Part shown: piece after piece, positions 1 through 11,807 of the stretch | Numbering within the stretch: position 1 is the stretch's first letter | Layout of the letters: each line of letters opens with the position of its first letter | Position numbers and translations under genes: made by a program | From: Eledone cirrhosa | Lineage: Eukaryota | Direction of reading: 5' to 3' | DNA length: 64,000 nt | Assembly (NCBI GenBank): GCA_964016885.1 | Contig: OZ024740.1 | Coordinates: forward strand, 96,472,001 to 96,536,000 | The notes under the pieces: generated by a model | Told to the model about the DNA's origin: nothing | Seen by the model: the letters and a program-made list of their open reading frames with translations, nothing else | Databases searched by the model: none

Positions 1-89
1 AGCTGGGACAAAAAGATGACGACAGTCATCTCAAACATACAGTGTAATGAGTTTGTTGCCTTACAAACAAGTCACAGTATCTGTAAAGG

Positions 90-575
90 GTCGGACACCG
101 TGCCAGGCTTCCCTTCCCAACTCGAGCCGGTGGGGCTGGATCGAGGGGACGCCAAAAGGCCAGATGGCATAACCATCTTCCCGTTCCGTGGTGGCAAACC
201 CTCGTCTGGGATGCCACTTGCACCGACACTTTCAGCTGCCGCAACCTGGTGCAGTCTGCGACTGACACAGGTTCTACTTCACGTCGGGCTGAGGGGGCCA
301 AACTCCTCAATTACCGGTCGTTCTCCGACAGGTTTGCGGTCGTACCCCTGGATGTGGAGACTTCTGGTGTCCTCGGCCACAAGGCTACCTCCTTACTCAC
401 CACCATAGCCGTTGAGCTGGCCAGCCGCAGGTGTGAGCCCCTCTACTTGGAGTGGCTCTTCCAGCGTGTCTCCCTCGTCGTCCACCGGGGAAACGCCTTC
501 TCCATGGTGTCCGCCGGGACTGTGGCTGGGCCCCATCGCGCACCATTTTAGTTCTGGTACAATAAAAATAAATCA
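90..575 (+). mobile_element. 3' end of a non-LTR retrotransposon with a restriction-like endonuclease (CRE-like), frameshifted
   Basis: Overlapping ORFs read GLDRGDAKRPDGITIFPF, VPLDVETSGVLG and [15 protein letters not shown] (RPD-type RLE C-terminus). GC-rich island ending in AATAAAAATAAA just before (TA)n. Confidence 0.75.
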
Positions 576-589
576 ACATAATATATTAG

Positions 590-740
<151 letters not shown>

Positions 741-1043
741 TGTATAATTCGCTTCCACAGAGTTATGAAGATAAACGATATATATGTATACAATACAAAT
801 CCAGTCTGCAGGAGGAAATACCTAATAAAATAGAACGGTGCATGTCATTAATAAAGATAACTGAAGATAACTCAATGACATTAATCTATGAGCTTAGACT
901 ATTTTGAAAGCATACTACATGCAAGTAGTAAGAAGTGTTCAACCATGGTTATCCGTATGTTTGAACCGTTCATCTTACAGTTAACTGGTAGTTTGCTGGT
1001 GAACTGTTATCTATTTGAACATTTAGTTGTTTCAATTAACGTG

Positions 1044-1265
1044 TTACATGGAAATCACATGTTTGCTAGTCAGATAGACGTGTCCTGTACTTATAACTCG
1101 TCCCACTTTCTGTTCATCTGTGTCTTCATTTATAGGTATTTGGGAATAGTCTTCAGTCTGAGGATAATCTATGTGCCACATCCAAATTTCTCTCTTTCTC
1201 CCACCAGTTTCGGAGGTGCTGCAGAGCTGTAATGGCCGTTGACTGTCACTTCTGACAAATTCAAA
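1044..1265 (-). CDS. Candidate terminal coding exon of an unidentified host gene (73 aa, FEFVRSDSQRPLQLC...KHVISM*)
   Basis: T-rich tract plus AG acceptor (cttttatttatttatttttgtaaag) followed by 73 open codons to TAA in non-repetitive sequence. No homology recognised. Confidence 0.3.
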   Translation of the reverse strand, partial: FEFVRSDSQRPLQLCSTSETGGRKREIWMWHIDYPQTEDYSQIPINEDTDEQKVGRVISTGHVYLTSKHVISM

Positions 1266-3128
1266 CTTTACAAAAATAAATAAATAAAAGTATCATCACG
1301 AACACCACCAACAACAATATCAATGAACAAATATGTGTATGACATCAATCTAATTCGACTGGTTATAAGTCATAACCAATTCTACCTAATATAATATAGC
1401 ATCGTTGAATATTAAAATCTAAGTATTATATTATTTTGCTCTAAATTCACAATACCTGTGATCAATTTAGGAACTCTATTGCCGAAATTATGTTATGTAT
1501 AGGCCTGCTTTAAGAGGGTGATAAATGACAATCAACAGATGTACACAATGACAATGAGAAGCGTGAATAATTTCAAAAATCGTAATAGCATCTGTGGTAG
1601 TATGAATTAGCTGTAATGATAGGTAAGTTGTTCAGTCCATACAAAAAGGAAATATTACATTATGTTTTTAAAAGTTCGTGCCGTCACCAAAATTAAGATC
1701 CCTAAACAATAGTAACATTAAAACAGTTTCTACATTTTGTCCCGATATGCTACAATATATATATATATATGAAAACATCCGCAAACATATTGTAACTTGA
1801 TAGGAGAGAATGACACTGGATAGAATATCGATAATTTTAAAACGCGGTAAATCGCAAGATTTGGTATTTGGTTATTCATCGTAGAAACGAAAAACACGGA
1901 GATACTGTTGAGCTAATGGACTGACGGACAATAGAGAGATTTTACTTTGTATTAAATGATGTTGAGGAAGAACTCACCAATTTCAAGGCTTTCATTTTTT
2001 TTGGTCTTTATTCTTGCTATTACCAAGCTTAATTCAAGCTTAGACAGTAGTGCAAAATCGTTCGAATATAGCTATTGAACAACAATGCTACGATGATAAC
2101 ACCAACATCAAATACCTGAGTTGCATATATACTCATGGTTGCTTTGGGAAGATTATGGTTCGGTTGTTATTAATGTTCAATGCAAATCTGACGTCGTTCG
2201 TGGCATAAACACTTCATTTTATGCTATGACTAGAATATATAATGGGTATGTTGATGGCTTTTGTTAGCTCCGAAAATAGCTGTTAATTTTTGTAGATTAA
2301 GTTACTGCATAAAAGCTATTACTTTGTTCTGTTTACTTTGTATGTATATTTGTATTAGGAGCTGCGGCTAAAGGGTTGTATCGTTTCGCTATATCACACG
2401 TTTGTGTGAATTATATTTAGAGCAAATTAGAAGGTGGGGATGGTTTCTCATACTTCCCTGTTATCAATTCAAACAATGAGCTGTATTTAACTTTAAACTA
2501 AGCACGTGGTACAGCTACACAGTAACAATGACAATGCTTTTTTTCTGTGTGTGTGTTTACTGCTTAAATGCATAATGAAATTCGGTTGACAGAAGTATTG
2601 ACTAGTGGATTATCAGTACAATACCTTAAGGAATGTGACAACTAATTTCATTATTGAAACTGTATCTAGACTGTTTCTCTATTTGCCAGAAGTTTCTCTG
2701 TTGAGATGGGTTGATAGATGTTCACCATTATTATCTCACTTTTCTTGTAATAGAATTAAAATACGCTTAGTAAATATTTAATGAATTTTCTGATCATTTT
2801 ATTTAGGTTGGATGAATTATTTCTCATCAGATGTGGCCAGTGTTTCTTGCTTCACACGCGCATTCTTTGAATATAATATAAGTTTAACTATGTCCATTAA
2901 AGATCCTATGTGTAAACGAAGCAAAAGAATATAGTGATCGAGAAAAAAGAAGAATATACATGTATTTCCCCAAATTACCATTTCGTGTTAGATATGTACA
3001 TAGAAAAAGGAATATATTACTCAAAGAATTAATGACTGTCATATAATTAATATTCCTATTAAAGGGGCGATTACACACACACACACTCACGTACATAAAT
3101 ATATATATTTATTAAAATAACAGATTAA

Positions 3129-3179
3129 AGTTTAAGCAAAGAATCGCTGCTTTCACCCTTAACGGGATGTTCTGAAACT
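3129..3179 (-). ncRNA. Type I HHR-like motif, family A 3' pLTR (core CAGAACA, G8 mutated)
   Basis: Minus strand: AGTTT-CAGAACA-T-CCC gttaa GGG-T-GAAA-GCA..TGC-T-T-AAACT. Confidence 0.55.
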
Positions 3180-4139
3180 AACAAAGTCAATCTGTAAACG
3201 CAGAAGTGGATATTTCAAAAAACGTTGCAACCGGAGGAAGATAGGAAGACGATACTTTGGTTCGTGGAAACGTTCCATGGCAAAGAACGGGAAAACACGA
3301 ATATAATACGTCATTAATAGGAGCGGTGAAACACAATTACGCGCAAAGACATAACCACGTTTATAGTATAAAACAAGTCGTAGACTAATATTTTCTTAGG
3401 TGGTTCATAGAGATGTTCTCTGGCAATGAACGGAAAAAACGAAGATAATACGTCATATGTGGAGCGTGGAGAACAAGTGCACGCAATGACAAAACCACGT
3501 AAATGGTATAGCAGAAGTCGTTGATTAAATTCAAACTAGGAAACCGAAAGAATCTCCGCTTCAGAGTTAAGAATAAAGTAAATAAAATACAATACAGAGG
3601 TAATAGAAATAAAATAAATACATACACGCATGCAAATACGTACATACACAAGCATACGCGAAAACACCTGCCATAGGTATACAAAACCACGCACATATAA
3701 ATATGCGTGTGTGTGTGTGCGTGTATACAAATAAATAAATAATAAAATAAACGTATATAAATAAATGAACACGTATATAACAAGCGCACACACATACCTA
3801 CATGTAAATACACACATGTTCGGAAACGTAAGTCAACCAAAATATGAAGTACACATATACACCCACCCTACATACTCACACAGACGCAAAACTCCCGTAT
3901 ACACATAACCAAACCATATGTACCAGAATATATAAAAAATTATACACCATTACATATAAAATCAAATATACGTACGAGAAAGTGTACGTACCTTCACAAA
4001 ACATACAGGTAATATACTTACCAATGCAAATAAGTACTGGTATAAACAAAACATATACTTAGCTACCACATCAAGACGTAAAATATGCACGTATAGTTCG
4101 TACAATCCGTCAGGGTATAAAGTGGGGCTGTAATACAGG

Positions 4140-6232
4140 AAAGTTTAGTGCAATTTATGTTTACAAGCCGAAATTGCTTCAGATTTTTTTGTTTAAGATG
4201 TGGTCTGTGGCGTAGAGTATTTTCAGGGCCTCAGTGGCGCAGAGGTCGCATGATCTTTTATTTACATTATACGATCTAGCCCTATTTAGGATCTCCCAGT
4301 GTAACGTATAATGGGTGTTGTTGTCTTTTAGATTCCAGATATAAGCTGAAAGTGACGTCATATTCCTTCTTAGAGGGTAACGAAAATAATGGGTATGCAT
4401 GTAACGACGCTGCTTGAATCTATTGGCGGTTAACCATATGTAGGCCCTACGGGACGTGGTTGTTTCAGCCTTACAATTGTAGACAATGTTACTAGAGAGG
4501 CATTACCTGGATAGGGGGCAATCAACTCGATTCCTACAATTACAGTTAGTACTAACTACAGGGTTGCTCGTGTTCCTACGGCTAGGTAGTTTAGCTAAAT
4601 TTGAAGCTGTGATGTTATGTGCAAGGTTAGGAGTCGTAGAGTAAGACATGTTAATAGTGTTTCTATTTAAGATGTTACTATATTTATGTGTAGGGGGAAA
4701 TGATTCGTAATAAGGGAAAGAAAGATCTTAGCTAATGGTGTGGCCTCTCAATATTATATGGTGGGTTATACCAACAAATGCGACGGGATCTATTTCTACT
4801 GGGTCTATTTCCGTACTCTGTATATGCTACCTTATCGACAAATCCACTCCGAGCAAGAGCTTCATTTTAATAAGTAGAATGGTCGTTGAAAATATGATCG
4901 GTAGTAGATAGACGGGAGAGCCTCAACGAAACGTTTCTTACCAGGTTCTTGGTCATGTTGGCAGGATGGTTGGAACGCTTATTTATGTAATTAAGCGTAT
5001 CATTCGGCTTTCTATACGGGTAATACAACCCATTCGATAAATTGAGGGTAACGTCGAGGTAATTACCGACCGAGAGATTGTCCTCAACCTGTATAGAGAA
5101 GTTGAAGCCGTTATAGAAGGCTGTGAGTTCTTTTCTGAACATGTCGCAAGCACGAGGACCGCACATAGTCATGGTCAAAAGACCATCATCACGGTGCATT
5201 CCAGCGCCCGCGTTGGGGAATTCGTCCTTGATAGAGAAAAGAAGGAAAAGGCCGATAAGATCAGTAAACTCCTCAGAATCGCTGCCGCCCATACTCACGT
5301 CGAATGGGGTACTATTGGATTTTTTAATCCAAATAGAGTCGTCGAAATTAATCACCGACTTACGGGCATTAAGGATGACATCAACTTCGAAATCCTTAAT
5401 CACTGTGAGTGTTTTAGCGAAATTGACAGCTGTAAGGAGAAGTGGTAAATTGATGGAGGAGTAGTAATTGTTGATGTCGAATTGGATAAAAGGGCAATGT
5501 TCCTTGTCGCATATGCCGTTGAACCAATCAATCACCGCGAAAGTATTGTTCCACAGTGCAAGAGGGGCCAAACTTCTAATTTCAGGTATAATTCTATCAA
5601 GAATTCTTTTACTAAGTCTACCTAACTCGGACTTCGTAGGGTTAATAAGCCGAATAGAGGGGTTGTTCGGAAAATTGGATCTGTGATCCTTCAGGGTAAA
5701 GTGGGGAGAAATAGGGTCCAGAGGTTCGGTCCAGTCCAGGATGTTGATATCAGAGGTGATTTTAAACCCAGCATCGTTGATTTCATTGATAACGCACCGA
5801 TTAGTTTTACGGTAATCCTTAGTTACAGCATTATGTAGTAGTTGATGGTAGGTACTGCGTTCCACTTGATATAGGTTGCCAGTTTTGTCGGAATGGACGT
5901 GCACGGCCTTAGAATCCTTAATAGAACGAATTCTATTCTTCATGTCCTGCTTTAAGGAAATTGGTCCTATTCCGAAATGTGATACTCCGTATGAGTTCCA
6001 AGACATCATTTACGAAGGGTAGCAATGCTGGGTTACTCGGGGGGTTATTATAGGTTTTAAATCCAAATTTATCCTGTTTGTTGTCTGCTTTTCGCGGATT
6101 AGCGAAATAAAAGGCATGCCAACGCAACCTTTTAATGAACGCGTCTGTTTTCTGTATCAGGAGTTTTAGTTGTGTTTTCCTACTTGGTACGGGTATGATC
6201 TTTGTAGAAATATTCAGATGTTGTTTCTGCAT
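4140..6232 (-). pseudogene. PLE family A RT + GIY-YIG polyprotein, disrupted by frameshifts and stops
   Basis: STKIIPVPS..RLRWHAF, SDKTGNLY, FIQFDINNYYSSI, SMGGSDSEE, MHRDDGL, YLDVTLNL, PYRKPN, then CNCRN..CPL, TSLSAYIWNLK, CDLCATE..LNKK. Confidence 0.92.
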
Positions 6233-6386
6233 GATGAATATAAGTCAATAGAGTGCTCAACCGACGGAGCCAAATAGTAATAATAATAAATTTGAAGACT
6301 AAAATCCAAAGAGGGCTCGATAAGGATACATATATATCAAATATATAAGAACCGCAGAGCAAATATTTATTAAAATCACAGATTAA

Positions 6387-6437
6387 AGTTTAAGCAAAGA
6401 ATCGCTGCTTTCACCCATAACGGGATCTTCTGAAACT
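6387..6437 (-). ncRNA. Type I HHR-like motif, family A 5' pLTR (core CAGAAGA)
   Basis: AGTTT-CAGAAGA-T-CCC gttat GGG-T-GAAA-GCA gcgattctt TGC-T-T-AAACT; all three helices pair. Confidence 0.7.
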
Positions 6438-6644
6438 AACAAAGTCAATCTGTAAACGCAGAAGTGGATATTTCAAAAAAACGTTGCAACCGGAGGAAGA
6501 CAGGAAGACGATCCTTTGGTTCGTGGAAACGTTCCCTGGCAAAGAACGAGAAAAAACGAATATAATACGTCATTAATAGGAGCGGTGAAAAACAATTACG
6601 GGCAAAGACATAACCACGTTTTAGTCTTCAAATGGATTGTTATT

Positions 6645-6736
6645 ACTTGCCTTTCATCCTTACAGGGTCGATAAAATAAAGTACCAGTAATGTACTGGGT
6701 AATTGCTGGCCTTGTGCCTAAAGTAGAAACAATTAC

Positions 6737-6737
<1 letters not shown>
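6645..6737 (+). mobile_element. 5'-truncated octopus-type SINE
   Basis: TTGCCTTTCATCCTTACAGGGTCGATAAAATAAAGTACC...GTAGAAACAATTA matches the copies at 24337 and 51279. Confidence 0.8.
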
Positions 6738-6790
<53 letters not shown>

Positions 6791-6800
6791 TATATACATG

Positions 6801-6838
<38 letters not shown>

Positions 6839-6840
6839 AA

Positions 6841-7096
6841 CAGTACATTGGTGCGTTATGGTTCATATGGTTCCTTACCACAATTCCTTCATTATATATA
6901 TATATCGGAAAATATTTGAACACGACGGCCGAGCTCGAGCCGTTTCGACGGCTATTTCTGGACTCCATAAATAGCCGTCAAAACGGCACAGCTTTGCCGT
7001 CGGGTCATACATTTTCATATTACCCACTCTACTACCCTAAGTATTGAGTAGTGAGGTGCGTTATGGTCCATCTGGTTCTTTACCCCAACCCCTTCG

Positions 7097-7100
<4 letters not shown>
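6841..7100 (+). mobile_element. Small fold-back PLE-like element, family G (relatives at 38796-38975 and 42650-42845)
   Basis: Shared GACGGCTATTTCTGG hairpin and TACCCACTCTACTACC...GGTGCGTTATGGTCC...CTTCGTTA tail, flanked by (TA)n. Confidence 0.7.
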
Positions 7101-7153
<53 letters not shown>

Positions 7154-7187
7154 TTACAGTAATCAAAGTTCAGTTTAAGTCATTTAT

Positions 7188-7236
7188 TTGCTTACAATTG
7201 TTTCCTCCAAACCGGGGTTTGGATTCTTCGGAGCAA
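7188..7236 (-). ncRNA. Type I minimal HHR, family B (core CCGAAGA, GUA site)
   Basis: TTGCT-CCGAAGA-A-TCCAAACC cc GGTTTGGA-G-GAAA-CAATTG-T-A-AGCAA: perfect helices I and II, palindromic helix III. Confidence 0.85.
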
Positions 7237-8777
7237 CTATTTATAACATACTTGACCTCCTTTTCAATCCAAGAGACACATAAAACATATGCGCATGTTG
7301 ATCATCAGTGGGGTGACATTCATCAAATGATATAGCATGGCAGTTTACATATAAAGGTTACAGGATAAAAATAAAATAAAATAAAAACAAGTGTGAATAT
7401 AAGAGTGAAAATAAAGATAAACATGAAGCGTTGGCAGTCTATGAAGATAAAGCAAGACGAAAGCTTAGAGTAGTCAGTGTATGAAACAATCTCCCGTGTA
7501 GCATGCACGCGTGTCTTATCTATACATGATTAGAGTGCGTCAGAATTATATTTGCAGGGTCAGGCAGCTGAAGCAGGCAATCGATCTTATTATATAGGCT
7601 GAATTATTAAGTCATTTATTGTCATACATCTGTATGATATACAGTCTCGGATGCGGGGAAACGCCAAAATATCAAAAACCTTCAACATACTATAAACATT
7701 ATTGTATCGTAGGCAAGGTCGTACCACTGTCCTTGCTCACACCACCACTCACATAATCCATGAGACGCAATATATATATAGAGAACACGCGTCTATCGTA
7801 TAATTCGCAGTGGTTCAGCATATAGTCAAGCTATAAACCGTATCCAGTCGGTTCTTAATTAATATATCATGCTGTCCAGATTCCGGAATTGCCTGAATGA
7901 CTAAGGGGAATTAATGCGTAAGGGGAGGTAACTAGCTAGTTATCTTAGTTACATTACTATGCTAAACTACATTAATGGTGATTCAAATACGTGCCTATTG
8001 TGTGAAGTTATAACTAATATCTAGAGTATGTTACCCATTTATAGGTTAGAGAGTTGTCCATTAAGAAGTACAAGGGTGTATATATTAGGATGATTACCAT
8101 CCATTAATTAAGGGGTGTCATATCTGAACGTTCCATAAGAGGAGTCAGACTCTCAAGTCACTGCTCCATGCAGATGTAATATAACAGTAGGACCTGGTAT
8201 GGTCGCACTATTATATATGCCACCCGGTAGGCTCCGGGTCATTGCTTGCGTGCATCTCCAGTAAATCTTCGGTATGGTCCGGAGATCCAATCTCTCATAT
8301 AAATGCACTAGTCTGGCCATCAAGCAATAGACAACCCCCGTCTCAAATATAAATCAATTATGTATCACATCTCCAAGCTAGAGTGGAGTCTATTAATAGG
8401 TATTAAAGGAGTCCACATCAAGATGATTACGTGCATAATTCAATGAACTGATCGCTTACAGTATATAATCACTTAACAATACGATTATCTATCTAATCAT
8501 CAATCTATCTCTTGGTGGTAATCGATGCACAGGACTATGCTATCGCAACCAGTACCGTGTCCCCAATTTATACTAATCTTATATTTGTGCAATGCAAAAT
8601 AAGTAGTCCACGATCGAGATATCAGTATTAGAGGTACAAGGGGGTATTCCCAGGGTAGGTGGTACTAAAATGCTGTCAGTATTATCTTTAGAGTATAGAG
8701 ATGGGTGTGGATGTGAGGTGTAAGGTGTGCTACTGATGTTAATTGCTAGGGGTGGTGCCGGTTCCAGTCTGACATTA

Positions 8778-10136
8778 TTATATATAGGGTTTAAAGTTTT
8801 GGAACGAGTGTCGGAAGCGGTGTTGGCAATTTGCGAACACTTCTGATTTTTTATTAAGGAGATTATGTTTAGAGAAGATGATAGTATGGGTCTCTAGTAG
8901 ACAGAGGTTACAACATTTATCAGGAGGTTTGTACGATGTTGCACTACCTACCACTTCCCATTTAAGTGTATATATTTTATTTTTAGTTTTTAGATAGTGT
9001 ATGTAGCTAGATAGTGAAGTGGAGTTGGCTAGACTGTGTTTTTTGAAAGAGTGGAGGTGCGAATTGTATCTAGTTTTGAAGCAGTTAGAAGTGGAGCCTA
9101 TGTAGGTTTCAGAATAGCTGTTAGTTGTGACTGTACATGAGTATATGATATCCTTGGTTAAGCATTTTTTATCTAAAGGGCAGGTTCTACTTGATCTACA
9201 GTTACAATTACTCTGGGTGCTAGTCTGCCGGTTACTATGCTGTGTAGAAGTTTGGAGGTTAGCTATAGGGTTATGGTTATGCGGGTTTTGGTACGCAGCG
9301 TTTATGTTTCCACTAGTGCTATTACTATTATTTCCATTGATATTACGGTTATTTGTTATAATGTTACTTTGACTGTTATTTTGAATGTTATTTTGAAGGT
9401 TTATCGACCGTTGTGATTTAGTTTGTTGGAAGTAAGAATTAATTTTTCTTTTATTTGTACTAGCTATGTGGTATGCTAAATTAGGCGTAGTAGAGTATGA
9501 GATCTTAATAGTGTTTTTGTTTAAAAGGCCGTGGTACCTGTGGCCGGATGGGAAGTGTTTATCTAGTAGTGAGAAGAAAGCCCTAGGAAGGTTGGTAGAG
9601 ACGTTTAAATTGAAAGGAGGGTTGAAAAATGTATTATTTCTTCTTCTATTTCTGTTTTTTATATCTGGTGATTTGTTTCCTTTAATGTTCCTATGGTCAT
9701 TTCTGTGGTGCGGGTTACTCTTGTTGTTACAATCCCTATTAGTGTGTGTGCAGTTGCTATTCCTATTATTAAATTTTCCCATGGACATGTTGTGTGAAAT
9801 GATGTTGTAGCTATGTATTTTTGTAGGTAGGAACTCTATCCCTGTATTATGGCCTGATCTAGCTAATGCCTGATTATAATACTGCGAGTTATTGTTAAAT
9901 GTGTTTATGTCATAGGATAGATTAGAGATTCTATTAGATACTCCCTTAGAGATAGAGTTCAATATAGATTTAGGGTGGTTAGACTTGGTATCTACGTAGA
10001 TGAGTTTTTCATTAGGTTTGTGGAAAGGTGCATATATCATTGAGTCTAAGTAGAGTGTGGCGTCTAGGAAGTTGACGTTTTTGGTGTTTTTGTCCATCGT
10101 AATACTAAGGTTAAAGTTTTTGAATGTTTTGTGCAA
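8778..10136 (-). CDS. PLE family B C-terminal fragment: RT thumb, Asn-rich linkers, GIY-YIG endonuclease (452 open codons)
   Basis: ORF track; DIIY..YIG motif with Cys/His clusters. Confidence 0.85.
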   Translation of the reverse strand: MHKTFKNFNLSITMDKNTKNVNFLDATLYLDSMIYAPFHKPNEKLIYVDTKSNHPKSILNSISKGVSNRISNLSYDINTFNNNSQYYNQALARSGHNTGIEFLPTKIHSYNIISHNMSMGKFNNRNSNCTHTNRDCNNKSNPHHRNDHRNIKGNKSPDIKNRNRRRNNTFFNPPFNLNVSTNLPRAFFSLLDKHFPSGHRYHGLLNKNTIKISYSTTPNLAYHIASTNKRKINSYFQQTKSQRSINLQNNIQNNSQSNIITNNRNINGNNSNSTSGNINAAYQNPHNHNPIANLQTSTQHSNRQTSTQSNCNCRSSRTCPLDKKCLTKDIIYSCTVTTNSYSETYIGSTSNCFKTRYNSHLHSFKKHSLANSTSLSSYIHYLKTKNKIYTLKWEVVGSATSYKPPDKCCNLCLLETHTIIFSKHNLLNKKSEVFANCQHRFRHSFQNFKPYI

Positions 10137-10207
10137 TAGTTTTCTAGTCCTTTCTATATTGAATTTTTTATAGTCTATAAGTAGTCTATATATAGTCTAT
10201 TATAGTC

Positions 10208-10337
<130 letters not shown>

Positions 10338-10559
10338 TAATATACATATATCTTTTTTATTTCACTGTGGTCTACCTATGGCTGTAGGGTCCCTACCGTA
10401 GATAAAACCCAATGTGTTCAGATGGTGAGTAATCCAGTGAAATACATAGGGAAAATCTGTGTTTCTCTGAGTTAATACATTAGATACAGAGTCAGATATT
10501 AGGTTTTAAATAAACATTGCAAATGAAAACAAAAAATTCAATTTAATTTACCTATTCAT

Positions 10560-10803
10560 ATCATTGTTTTACGATCGTTTCGGAGGGTGCATTATATTAA
10601 CATAATGTCTGATGTCTAGCAGTTATATAATTGTATACTATCAGACCCCATATGTGGGTCGTCTTCTTCGGAAGAGTGTCTCCGAAGAAGACGACTTGAT
10701 CGAACCCATATATGAGGTCTGATAGTCTACAGTTATATAACTGCTAGACATCAGACAGTATATCAATATAATCAACTCTCCGAAACAATCGTAAGACAAT
10801 GAT
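10560..10803 (+). mobile_element. Fold-back mini-element with an HHR in the right arm (10677-10798)
   Basis: Imperfect palindrome centred near 10676. TGTCT-CCGAAGA-[~90-nt helix II]-GAAA-C aatc G-T-A-AGACA. Confidence 0.72.
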
Positions 10804-11148
10804 TGGTATATGTAGAGTGCTACATAGGTATGCATCTGTATATATATGTTGGTAGATATACTAATTCTTTGTAATTATCTCCAAATTATTTTGTTCAGCA
10901 AACATTTGCCAAAACTGCTACTATAGTTCATAGTAATGGCTCGGCTACTGTCTTTTTAACACCCCACTCCTCACTGATTAACCTCGATGTCACGTGAATG
11001 ATTCTTTTGAATTTGCCACCGACCAAGTAGGCAGTGATTTTTTCAATGTCTTGGAATTTAGTCCACGCTTGCTTTTTTCCATCCACTGAATTATTTTTGT
11101 ATAAGTTCCCTGTGTCCACACATCCCCTGGTAACTTAGCTGAGAACAG

Positions 11149-11231
11149 ACTTCCTGATGACGAAACGGCTTCTCCATGCTTTCCATTTGGAAACCATGTT
11201 TATTCCCTTTCAGAAACTAATTAGTTGGAGT
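11149..11231 (+). ncRNA. Type I HHR with canonical CUGAUGA core and extended helix II
   Basis: ACTTC-CTGATGA-C-GAAA..TTTC-A-GAAA-CTAATTAG-T-T-GGAGT, followed by a GTAAGT donor-like site and (TA)n. Confidence 0.78.
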
Positions 11232-11311
11232 GAGATTTTAGTAAGTAAGTTAATTTTTATAATTTTCTTATTTTACGTATTTAATGTATATATATATATA
11301 TATATATATAT

Positions 11312-11807
11312 ACGGATTAACAAATAATAGTTAAATGCAGTCCACTTAGGTGAAGTCCAGTTATGGTATTCCAGGTAGTGGATGATATTAACGCCTGGCT
11401 TGGTTTGACTCAACAAGGCGTTTTCATAGTGATGCTGCGGGAATGCTGTAATTCCTATGTTGTAAACACTTGGAGTAATAATAAATCAGGAAAGAAGGTT
11501 TACATGGTTTGCTATACAAAAAAGTTTTTAATCACATAGCTTACATTTGTTTCACTGAACTGGTCTGTCTAGAGATGGCTATCCGCCTAATTTTGCGTCA
11601 CTCGATCGCCAATACAGAATTATAACCAGTCAGATCTTCATTCTCGCATGCTCCGAAGATCTGACTGGTTAAAATTCTGTATTGGCGATCGAGTGACGCA
11701 AAATTAGGCGGATAGCCATCTCTAGACAGACCAGTTCAGTGAAACAAATGTAAGCTATGTGATTAAAAACTTTTTTGTATAGCAAACCATGTAAACCTTC
11801 TTTCCTG

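Larger units (their letters stand above)
3108..6620 (-). mobile_element. Near full-length Penelope-like element, family A, with direct pseudo-LTRs (3108-3362 and about 6366-6620)
   Basis: RT and GIY-YIG pseudo-ORF flanked by ~255-bp direct repeats, each carrying an HHR-like motif. The 3' end abuts TA repeats. Confidence 0.92.
7150..10190 (-). mobile_element. 5'-truncated PLE, family B (RT thumb + GIY-YIG, ~1.6-kb 3' region ending in an HHR)
   Basis: ORF 8778-10136: NFLDATL, PFHKPN, CNCRSSRTCPLDKKCLTKDIIYSC, TYIGST, CNLCLLE..LNKKSE..CQH. HHR at 7188-7236. Microsatellites at both ends. Confidence 0.92.

Noticed and set aside
5123-5686. Plus-strand ORFs opposite PLE coding regions (also 9127-9810, 20232-20480, 26727-27116, 37713-38180, 58950-59372)
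   Set aside because: They are antisense shadows of RT/endonuclease frames.
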